From Phoronis australis (taxonomy: Eukaryota; Animalia; Phoronida), in contig NMRA01000033.1 of NCBI GenBank assembly GCA_002633005.1, forward strand, positions 684,233 to 748,232: 64,000 bases of DNA, read 5' to 3'. Position numbers and translations under genes: made by a program. This document shows, one piece after another, positions 25,601 through 37,600 of the stretch (its first letter is position 1; every line of letters starts with the position of its first letter). The notes under the pieces are model-generated. The model was not told the DNA's origin. It worked only from the letters and a program-made list of their open reading frames with translations, and did no database searches.

Positions 25601-28600
25601 TGACAACTTGAATGTGTATTGAGCACTGTTTAGATAACGTGACTACTACCTAGTAGGTACATCCCGTTTCACAGAATGGTGAGGGTTGAATGGTTTCATT
25701 TAATGCAATTTCCAACTGTCACAAAGATTAAATCATGAAATAAGGCAAGTTAACACTTACTGAATTCTATAGTAATAACACTTCAGTCCGAATAGAGTTC
25801 AGAGGTATCATTTTTGGCCAATAAACCGTATCATACATGGTTTACCAAACTTAAACTGTTTAAACCACCAAAGTAGCACTTAATGAAACAACAATAACTA
25901 TGTCTACATACACGGCATGATGTCTGAGTGACGATTCTTCATGGAGTAGCACCGAGCAATAGCCATCTTGAACTTCCTCGACACCTTTTCTTGGTCAGCA
26001 TTGAGCTCCTACAAGTTGTTGAAGACTGATACAGTTCATTCAATTTCTCATGTTTCACTACATCATGTTGAGAGGAGGCAATGTGGCCCAGTGTGATAAG
26101 TGTCTGATTCCTTTAGACGACGATGTGGACTCGATTTCCATTGAGCCACACTAATAGACCCTGGAGTTAGGTTTCTAGCTACTCAGCTCGATTTAACTAT
26201 ATACTAATGAAGCACAAAAATGGTTCCAGGTGATCAGTGCAACAGACCCACATGTGTGGCCAACAATTATTTTTTTATGCATCATGTTGATGTTTGTGGT
26301 AATCCAGAGTCAACAACATACACAATGGCGTCTGTGGGCCATCAAAGGTCAAAGATTTCACTTGGAATTATTTTTGGCTTAAAGTGGATTTGACCGCAAC
26401 ATTGATATTTGGAAATTGCAATCATATTCATCTAATACGTTAATGTTGTGAAATACTCTGAGGATTGAACATAAAGACTTCTTAACCCTTATCCTGCGCT
26501 AGGCGAGGTCAGCCGACAAGCCAATTATCCTATTAAAATGCGTTGGGTGTACTCAATCGCCTATAATAAGCTACGGCTAGACTGCGCAAGGAGGGTGTAC
26601 TCACCCCAGGACACTGGTGTTTTTCATTCAGAAATTGTGAAAGCCCCGTATGCTGTTTATATATGTGAGCATGCGCATTCCACAGTCCATAGTTTCCTGT
26701 ACATTTTTCTGATTTACAACATATGGCTGTGGTGAGTTGTTGCCGAGATATTTGAAAGTTTACGCAAGTTTTATCTTGGCTGGTGCCAAACGTGGTAAGA
26801 TGACTGTTGACCAGTTTCTTGAGGAAGTGTTCATGGACTCAGATAGTGAAAACAAGCTGGAATTGGCACTCAAAGTGACGGTGACAGTGACTGGGAAACT
26901 AATACAACAGTCACAAGTAATGCAGATTCTATCGATTCGGATCTCAGTGCAATTTTGGAGGAGTTACCGGTCCCTGAAGCTGAACTTGGACGGGCCTACG
27001 ACGATGCTTGGCTCACGCCCTTCGCGCATGATGGAACTCATTCAGAACTAGATATTTTTGTGACTTTTTCACAGAATAGCTTTGTGTCCCCACCCGTGTT
27101 TCAAGTTTTTGCATATCAAGGTGAACTTCAAAACAGACTTTAGCAAGCGACTGCACCACTCATAAATTTGTTATCGTGCAAAGTTGAGGTAGGCCCTATG
27201 TTATATACTGTACATTCTTGTTTGTAGATGTGATGTTACAAACAATAAATCTGCTTTGTTAAACATGCAAATCCCATGAATTCCCTTTTAAAAATGCTTA
27301 TTACGGTTTTTGAGTGTCAGCTATAATGTTCTCATGTGCGAAAACAGATAAAAACAAAGGGTGTCCAGTTTGAAAGTTAATAGAATTATTCACAGCAAGA
27401 CGATGGTAAAGATATGTATATGGTGAAAAACTCCATTAAATTCTGAACAACTTTTGTGCAGACTACTTTTATGTGAAATTGACATTACCCCTTCAAATTT
27501 CCAATTTAAAAATGTTAGGTCATTAATCTGAGTGACCTTCATAACAGCCCAGTGCATAGCAGCAGTGGTGACCTACTTAGCTCAGCACACAGGGAAAGTT
27601 GTCTGAATAGAGGCTTAGCAGGATAAGGGTTAAACTATATCCTTTACTTTTTTATGCAACAATGTATCATGTTCATTACGCTATATATCAGATGTCAATT
27701 GTTATATAGTGTTTGATTTTACTTTATTTCTGTTTCTGTTGATGAAGGATGTTATTATATCTGAAAAATTTCAGTGATACATTATTGTTGTTTTATTTAT
27801 GTATATTTATTAACTGTTGGCGTGCTTGAAGTACGCATATAGTTCAAGACAATATCAAATGATAGGTTTCACAAAGAATTGTTATTTCAGGCATGGATAC
27901 ACTATCAATGGCTGCACTTAATTGACTGGGTTAACCAGCTAAGACATCTGATTGGTCTATAAACCAGATATCATCATCAAAAACCAATCAGATGTCCTAG
28001 CCGGTTGACCCATTGGAACTGAGCCAATAACTGAATAGGGACAAGGCTTGTGAGGCTTTCATTGAATGAGAGTAAAATATCTCAATAAGTCAACTATCTT
28101 AGGATTCATCTATGATACGTGTATCAGCCTTTAAATCTACAGACAAACAGCAACGACAACAGAAGCATAGCCAAAAGTATAGACCACTAAGAAGCCAACT
28201 CAAAAAATACCCAGAAAAAGTAGTGTAACCCTTACCACCAGCTGTGAAACTCGGAACCATGACAAAATTGTGCATGATAAAAATTCCTTAGCATTTTGTG
28301 GACAGTGGTAAGGGTTCTGCTTCCATGCAAAATATTACACACTATGGCAAATGTTCTGCAGATGGCTCAACGACTTGATCACCACCGTGGGATTAGCTTA
28401 CTCCATACCTTCCATTCATTCTCCAGAGGAGTTGGACCACTCAACGTGTGCTTATATAGGCCATCCACCACCTTCTCAAACTTTTCAACGTCCACCACAA
28501 ACTTCCTCAGTACCTGGTCGTCATCAAACGGATCTTTCACAGAGTCCATGGAAACTGTTCTTGAGCATAAGCTGGTACCGTTCATTGCTTGTACATCTTG

Positions 28601-31600
28601 AATCAAAAAAATCTAGTCTTCGTCATCATAAGCAACAACATACAAAGAGAGCAACGCATGTTTCTTCCACATGGCTGAATGCCATATCTTAGACTATAAA
28701 GAGAACAGTATTTAGGAAAAACAAAAAGATCAGTCTTTTAACATTTTTAATGCATGGCTTTAGGATACAACAGCAACATGGTGGACACAACCAGGAATTG
28801 AACCCACAACCTTACAGCAGAAAGCCACATAGTCATTGGCTATACTGACTATCCAAATAATTATGCACATTTAAAAAGTGGTAATATTATACTTAAAACT
28901 TTGACTGTCCACTTACCCTCTGGTTTTCCATCAAGTGTGCTAGGCTGTCCCTTTCTCATGTGTGCAGGTGAAGCAAGAGGAGATGAAGATGTGGACGAAT
29001 GCTTGGTGCTGACTGAGGATCGCCTCGACCCATCGCCTGCTAAAGGAGTGCTACGACCAGATACATTACTATCTGGCAGGGTCCATTGCGGAACAACAGG
29101 CCGCATTTGATCTAACTGCTGCAGAGCTTCATAGTTGGACTTGGGTGTTGAAGCCCTAGCTGGGAAGATATCCTTGATCTGGTCCAGTCCTGATCCAGGA
29201 CGAACAAGTGTTTCTGGGTGGCCAGCAACAGAAGGATTCACAGAAGGGGGGCCGGCTACAGAATGACTAGACTTCGGCTGAAGTTGGGGTTTAAATGTCA
29301 CACTGGGCATTACAGTGGATGTGTTGGTGAGTGGATATGAGCTAGGAGGTACACTGGATACTATTGGTGTCATTGGCTGCCATTGGCTGGGTGCACTGGA
29401 CTGAGCACTTGTACTTTGTAAATTTGATCCATTCACTGGTTGGGTGGCTTGACATGTTGAGAAACCTGTTGCTGGTTGGGAAGGCTGTGACGTTGAGCCT
29501 GCCTGAGATACACCAGGGAAAGTCTGCTGTGCCGGAGGATAAACATTTCCAACTGGAATTTGCTGTGCTGCCATCTGCTGATTGGCGCTGGATGAAAAAC
29601 CTGCCTGTGAATCAACAGAAGCAGTTTGTTGAGCAGAGGAACTGCCAGACACCTGATGATAGGGCTGAGGGGCATAAGCATAAATAGACTGTGAAGCAAC
29701 TTGAGGTGTTTGTTGAGAAACACTATAGCTAGCCAGCTGTTGAACAGGATGATTGAACTGCTGATAATATGGTGTCTGGTTCTGGCCTTGAGATCCATGC
29801 GGCTGGTTTTGGAAGTTGGTAACAGTAACACTTGAGGCTGGCTGATTCTGATGCAGTCCACTATCAGGGTGATGTGGGCTTATACCTGGAGGATGCTGAC
29901 TCTGCAGTACACTGGTAGGCGTATGCGGTCTTATACCTTGAGCAGGCTGACTCTGAGGTGTGACATTGGGGGGCAGGTTTGGTCTTATACCTTGAGCAGG
30001 CTGACTTTGGGGGGTGAAATTGGGGTGCATGTTTGGTTTGATACCTTGGGCAGGCTGACTCTGAGGCAATACACTAGCTGACAGGTTAGGCTTTACACCT
30101 AGGGTAGGCTGATTCTGAGGTGGTACACCAGGTGGCAGGTTGGGTCTTATACCTTGAGTTGGCTGACTCTGAGGTGGCACACCAGGTGGCAGGCTGGGTC
30201 TTATACCTTGGGTAGGCTGATTCTGAGGTGGTAAAGTGGCGGGGATAGGTGGTCTTCCTCCTTGTGAAAATGTAGAGGTATCATGCTGCAAAGGCTGGTA
30301 TTGGCCTTGATGAGATACATTAAGGTTGGGTGTTTGATACCTAAACTGACTTGGGTCAGTCCACCTTTGCTGGTTCATGAGACTTTGCTGCGATGACACA
30401 ATAGTGTTTTGATGCGAATGGGACATCTGTTGGGGAGACTGAAAGTCAGATGGGTTTTGGTTGTTCAAGTGACTGTATTGGGACTGGATTGCAGGTTGAT
30501 TCAATGACCCAGACTGTGGCTGAGTTGTCCCCTGTAGAGAAGTACCATGCCCTTGCTGGTACTGTTGAGGGTCTGACCAAGATCCAGTGACATTTTGCTG
30601 ACTGTAAGAAACAGGAAGATGAGCACTGGAAACAGGCATCTGTCCAGTACTGTTCTGCCCTGGCATCCCAGCAGATGGCTGAGCAAATCTCTGCTGAGGG
30701 AGTCCACTTATTGAATATGAAGTAGAGGCTTGGGAAGGGCCTGGTGGTCCAGCTACTGAGTTACTGTACCCCAGACTCACATTGCTAGGCACCGCACTAG
30801 GTACAGCTTGGTGAAATGGCATTCCCCCATCAACATAGCTTTGAGGGGTGTTTGACATTGGTCGGTGTTGAGGAGACGCCTCCCTGCTACCAGCAATAGC
30901 AGCACGTGACACATTTGTTAGAGGTGATGAGGGCTGATTATTTCTTTGATGATGAGTGTAACCATGGTGACCGCCAGGTAAGTGGCCAGGTTGTCCTGGG
31001 AACTGTGTTTGAACTGCAGGAGTCGAGACACTAGTGTGTCCATAACTAGCTGTAGGCATGTTTGGTCCAACACCACCTGTAGGCATTTGTTGTCCTGTAC
31101 CAGCTGTAGGCATGTTTTGTCCTGCACCAGCTGGAGGCATGTTTTGTCCTGCACTAGCTGGAGGTATGCTATACCCTAATCTAGCTGTGCTAGGTGTAGC
31201 CACATTGTACCCTGTGCCAACTGCAGGCATGTACTGGCCCATGCTTGCTGCAGGCATGTTATGTCCAACACTAGCTACAGGTATGTTATACCCAGTACTC
31301 CTTGCTGGCAAGCTGTGTCCTCCACTTGTTGCAGTCATGTACTGCCCTGTGTTTTCAGTGGGAAAAGTTTGTCCTGTGCTACATGTAGGCATATTGAATC
31401 CAGCATTACCTGGAGGCATATTAAGTCCTGTGCTATCTGTTGGCATGGCGAGTCCTGTGCTGGCAGTAGCCACGCTCGCCACAGGCAAATTATGCTCAGT
31501 GTTACCTGCAGGCACATTGGGTCCTACGCCCTCTGTAGGCATGCCATGACCTGTGCTGGAAGTAGCCATGCTCGCCATAGGCATGAATTGTCCATTCCTA

Positions 31601-34600
31601 GTTGCAGGCACATCGAGTCCTGTGTTTGCCATAGGCAAATTGTGCCCAGTACTATCTGCAGGCATATGGAGTCCAGCACCAGCTGAAGGCATAGTTTGTC
31701 CAGCACTGGCAGTGGGTAAGGTGGAGTATGGCAGGTTTTGGTTCACAGGAGGTACATTCCTGTTCATGTTCTGCAAGTAAGACCTCAGTGTTGGCCGTTC
31801 AGGCGTTGGTGTACTGCCTGCTGCAGTAACAGAGACGCCAACAGCAGCACCACCTATTACACCACCAGAGTATTTCTGCATCATTGCCAGCGTGCCAGGG
31901 TCCAAATCCTTCATGAGACTGGGATCAAAGCCAGCCATTGTACTGGCAGCACTGTAAGACTGCGAAGATTGTTTTGAAGCAAAACTACCAGAGTCAACAG
32001 TAGGTTGACTGCCAATAGCTCCTCCAGAGTATTTCTGCATCATGGCCAATACACTGGGGTCCATGTCCTTGAGTAAGCTGGGATCTAACCCACTAAGAGG
32101 AGTTGCAGAGCCTTCGTCCTTAAGCTTTCGGTCCTTCATGAAGGGGAGATAATCTTTTAGTTTGGGTGGCTCGTAACCAGACATTTCAGGAGCCGATGGC
32201 GCCATCTGGGAAGGTTTGGGTGCCACAGGTCGGGATGGTGGCATATCTGAAAGAGAAAATCATAACAGTGTTTCTTAAATATGGGTTTTCAATTAAGTTT
32301 CACATAACAAAACAAAACAAAAACAAGATAATACTGGAAAGACTACAGTCAAAACAGAGAATCAATTTAAGCCAGAATTAATTAGCAATAAGATAGGTTT
32401 CCTCCCTGATGACAAAATGTCAATGTTGTAGAACTTGAGGTAGAAATTAGCTTAAAAAAGTGGGAAGAATTTCTGAATGAAAAAGAAGCATAAGCAATGG
32501 ACATTTTGACAAAATTTTCCGAGTCTTAAAATTAATTGTTGTAAAGAAATGATATTCAGCAGCACTTCCGCCTGTAGGAACACTGCCATTTAAAGTTTAC
32601 CATTTCTAGTCTACTTTGAAAACTACTCAGTTACTTTAAGTGTCCCAAATCATCAAACATTTACCTTTTGGCTTGAGACGACCAACAATGGCATCCCTTT
32701 CCTCTTGATTGACTTTGACTGAACTTTGAGCCTTTTCACGCAGGGATATCACATTTTGCTCAAGTTTCTTAAAGAATTCGATGCCTTTGTTGGACTTTAA
32801 CAACAAGTCCTCATACACGTCGCATGCTTGAATCAGCTCATTAACTTTCTCCTGTCTCTGAGCCTTCAGCTGGCTGACAAGTTTGCGAACAGGAGCAAAT
32901 TTTGCATTTGCCGCAGTGAGAGCCTTAAGTATATTAGGCTGGGCAGAAAGATTTTGTTCCAAATACTTTTCAACATTTGCATGCTTCTTTAACTCCTCCT
33001 GGAATAGAGCCTGAAAAACAAATAGATGTTGTTAGCTGTAAACTCAATGTGAATTTTTAAATTCAATTGAAACCGAGGCTGGTTGTTATTCTTCACTTGT
33101 TATTGATTACGATGATACTTCTAAGTTATATATCACTTGCTTACAGTGAATAAATTCCCAGGTCATTCATTGATACCTGTCGTAGTAGTTATTCACAAAA
33201 TGGACTTCCTCACAGGATTAATGCTAAAGCAAACGTAGCAACTGAGGACACTTGCTCGACCAACAATCTTATTGGAACAGAGGCACTGCGACTGTTATTT
33301 TGAAATGTATCATGGGAAATCAGCACTTTGCATTCTTCAAGTTAACTTTATCACCACCTTGCTGCTGGTACATCCATTTTGTGATCAATGTAGCTGAACT
33401 ATTGAACCATATAGAACCTAACTAGTCCTGTTGATTTTAATGGAATAAAGCAACGCGTTTGTATACTATTAGGTTGTACCGCCAACACTATGTACATTAC
33501 AATTTGTGATAGAGAAAATCTTCCTTACAGACTTGGTGGTCTTACCAAAGCCTACTGGTTTGAAATGTATATACAGGGCGATTCTGCTGAAAGAGGACCC
33601 CAACTTCAACTAATATTTTTTGTACTAGAGCTAGGGTCTAAAAACTTTGCATAAACCAGCACAGCTCTATTGCAAACAAGAAAAGATTGTTCAAGGATGC
33701 TTATCGGCATTTTTTTGGCAGTGTGTCAATTTCGTGCTCAATAGATATATTCTATAGAGTAGTACATTAGTACTGGCAGACAGGGTCTTTTAAGAAATGT
33801 TGGTCTATCTTTAGGCATGAGTTCAGAAGGTACTTTGCATCATCTAATCTCATGTAGACTATCTTGACAGCCTAACTAGGTCATAGGTCATATTTACAAA
33901 TATTTTGTGGCTCCTCACGTTTCATTGGACGAAATGCAACACGTGTCGAGAAAACCGCTGGGACGCCAATGAAAATGCCTGCATTAAAAAAGTTCAACAT
34001 AAGCATGGGCTCAATACATAAAGTTGACATCTATTGGAAATGAAATTAGAAGCAAAAGTTTGGGGCCAGTTTCGAGAGAATCACCTTGTACTATCACTTC
34101 TTAACTCGTGTATTCATCTATAATAAGCTTGATTCACTTGGTAAGTTCACGAAATGAACCCTCATCACAGTGATAAAACGCACCAAACATGCAACCGCTT
34201 TAAGGTTATGATTAAAGCATACCTCAGTGTTGCCATCTTGACATGTGACAATGCGACCAGTAATGTCATCCGCCAGCACCTGGTTACGTAAATCTTCCTC
34301 CAGCTGCCGACGCTGGCTCTGCATCTCCTCTACTTTACCCATAAGTCTCTGCATTTCCTGAAGCACTGCGTTCATATCCGGTGTCTTCATTTGTTCAAAA
34401 GAGGGCAGCACTGCCTTTAACTTATCAATCTGTTGTTCACTCATTAGCCTCAGACTCTGTAGATGTTTGTCCATAACATCATGCAACGCCAGGTTGCTCT
34501 GACTAGCCTTCTCACGAGCTTGCTCAAGCTTTTCCAATTCCTGAGGTAAGTCCTTAAGGCGCGGCAGAATCGGCCGCTTGCCAAATTTGTTCTGAAAGTT

Positions 34601-37600
34601 TGCCTCAGCCTCGTTTTCTTGGTCCAGCATGGTGCGAATGTCCCGAATGCTGAGTTCTACATCTAAGGCGACGCCAGACAGTGACTGCATAGAGGTGACG
34701 AGATCCTTAATGGCCGTTGGTCGCACGCTCAGCCGCGCACACTTCTCCAACAGGGATTCCGGCAACGTTTCATTACGTTCTGGGTAGAGAACGTCTTGGT
34801 CCAACTGAAGTGACGTCAGGAAATGGGTCAGCTCATTATTTCGGTCTTCTACCTGACAACCTATTCGGCGCAGCATTTTAGCCTTTTCTTCACTGCAAAT
34901 ATACAAATGGGACATCTTTACATTAAGAAGATACTTTGAAAAAATTGTAAAAATTTTGGACATCTTGTATTCTCTTGTAGAACTTCTAAGGGCAGGAGCC
35001 ATTGAAATCAATTTGCAAATTAAAACAGTTTTTGCAATGCATATTCCAGATTTTGAACTGGTGTGACCCTCATACTGCAATAATAGCAAGTCTTGATTGG
35101 TCTGTTACACAAATTACAAGTTCTGAAATATGACAAGTGAACAATCCTTGTACATCCCAGCTAGAGCTCATATGCAATACCTTCAGTGTGTTAGGCCGAC
35201 TCAAACTTCATTCAAAATATTTCAAAGTTGCAGTGCAGAGTCATCGGCCCTCAAAAGCACAATCATGCAACCATAGGTAAAAGAAATTAAGTATCCGACC
35301 CTATGCACATTACCTGTAGAGTGAAGCAGCTTCGTGCACCTCCATGGGGACCAGCTTGCTGAAGATGTCTGGTCCGGCCACATCACGGTCATCTGGGTTG
35401 AACGGGATCCCCTTGACTAGTGATGCCCCCTTCACTTCTGGAAGGCTGGCCAGCTCAGGCACCTTGTCGTGGTAAACAAAGTCATTGTCCTTCTTGGCAG
35501 CGTTGTACCTGGGCAAGTTCAATCAGTTTAATTAAGAAACTAAATTGGGGTGAGACATCTGAGGCAACTCATACTAAAAACTGTACAGATTTTAAATTAT
35601 CATTCTCAATTAGACAAAAGTTAAAATTAAAGAAGGGGTTTTGGCACAGCAGGGAAATGAGATGGCCCATGAGAGGGAGAGACCGAGAGGCGGACAGGGA
35701 ACCAAGTATCTCATTTGGGGGGTTGGAAAGACGTAAGTTGCTGATTAAAGCGAACACAGCTGAGGTACAAGATTAATAAAATGAAATAATGAGCAAAAAC
35801 TGGGGCTTAAGTAGCATATGCTCTTACAAGGTAACACATCACACAACTGCCCAATCAAATTTCAGGTTGCAGTGTTGCTAGTTGACACTAGTTAAGTAGG
35901 GCCAATGATTTTAGTGATAATTGAAGATGAAAGGAATTTCTGGAACTAGACATGGCCCTCTTACGGAATTATAGGTTACTAACTATGTTCGCATATTTCA
36001 GTTGTAGCAAATGCCAGTCTTAGTGAGAATTCTAATATCCTTGGATTTTTAAATATCAAAAATTAAAAAAAGAATCCATCAAATTCGTTACCCGAGAGTG
36101 ACTCTGGTCACAACTCAATCTGAGATCCTTTTCAAGTTTACAAAAATATGTTCAAGTTCAATTTTCTCCAGTTGGCACCATACTTTTTTGTATTTTGAGA
36201 AGCAATCAACAAGGCATGCAAAACACAGCTGTAGCATTAATGACTGACAGGATGTACATAGACACAAACAGATAAGGAAATCAACTGTGCCACATTTTAT
36301 TTCCATTTAGAAAGCAATTAGTGAAACGGAGTTTAGGAACAAGAGCAATGCGGGGCATTGAAATGCGCCCACGAATGCATTGCAAATGGTGTGCTTTTAG
36401 GGTTATTTATTTGTATCATAAAAATGCTCCAAAAACAGGAATATGCCATATTTCATAAAAATTGTCAAGGAACTTCAGAGAAACAAAGGAAAACAGAATA
36501 AAATGAAATTGCCACTAGTGGGCACAGTGTCCGTTGGATCCGCCTGAAAGTGGTCATTGTCTGTTGTTATCTTCATATAAATACACTTACTAAATTTAGT
36601 AAAGATTCTGCAGTAGGTTTAAGAGATACAACTATGGACGCAAAACAAAACTACCACTAGGAGGTGCCACAGTAATCAGTCACCATCATCAAAGGTCGTC
36701 TTCACACTGAGAACATATATGCCAATTTTCAAATGATTTGGTTGATACAGGGATGGACACCAAAAACAAGATTTGAAAACAGCAAAAGTGGCCACTAGGT
36801 GGTGCAAAATACCTTGATTCGATCCAAAAACAGGCAGATAGCATCATCACATCAATAGATGCCTATATTTAAAATTTTATGAAAATCGTTGAGGACCTTT
36901 GAAGATATTGAGTTAAACGTAAAAAACTAAAATTGACACTAGGGGGCACAGCAGTAGTCAGATCTGTCTGAAAGTCATCGTCATCCGTAGTCAACATTAC
37001 ATAAATACATGTGCTAAATTAAGTAAAGATCCTGCGAATGGTTTAGGAGATACAGCCATAGACGCAACAAAAACAAAACTGCCACTAGGAGGTGTCACAG
37101 TAGTCGAAATCGTCGGAAAATCATCGTCAACCGTCCTCTTTATAGTAAGTACATACATGCCAATTTTTACAATCACACTTTGAGCGGTTTGGTTGATAGA
37201 GGGGTGGACGCATAAAAACAGATTCGAAAACAGTAAAAATGGCCACTAGGTGGCGCAAACTACGTCGAATCCACCCGAAAACGGAAGGAGAGCGTCATCT
37301 CACTAATAGGTGCCTACATATTAAATTTCATGAATTTCCGTTAAGGACTTTTGAGATTCAAATGTGAACGTAAAAAAAAATAAAATTGCCACTAGGGGGC
37401 ACACTGGTAGTCGGATCTGTCCAAAAGTCGTCATTGTCTGTTGTTAACATCATATAAATATACTTATTAAATTTTGTAAAGATCCTGCAAACAGTTATGG
37501 AGATACAGCCATAGGCGCAAAAAAAACAAAAATGCCACTAGGAGGCGCCACAGTAGTTGAAATCGTCGGAAAATCGTCGTCAACCGTCCTCTTCATAATA

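Noticed and set aside
28597-28615. TAG acceptor at 28613-28615 for the pre-PTP exon
   Set aside because: It gives phase 0 while the upstream donor is phase 1; the AAG acceptor at 28597-28599 restores the frame.
29364-31977. Multiple antisense and alternate-frame ORFs (e.g. 31058-31549, 31261-31686)
   Set aside because: Shadows of the repetitive PTPN23 giant exon; no independent evidence.
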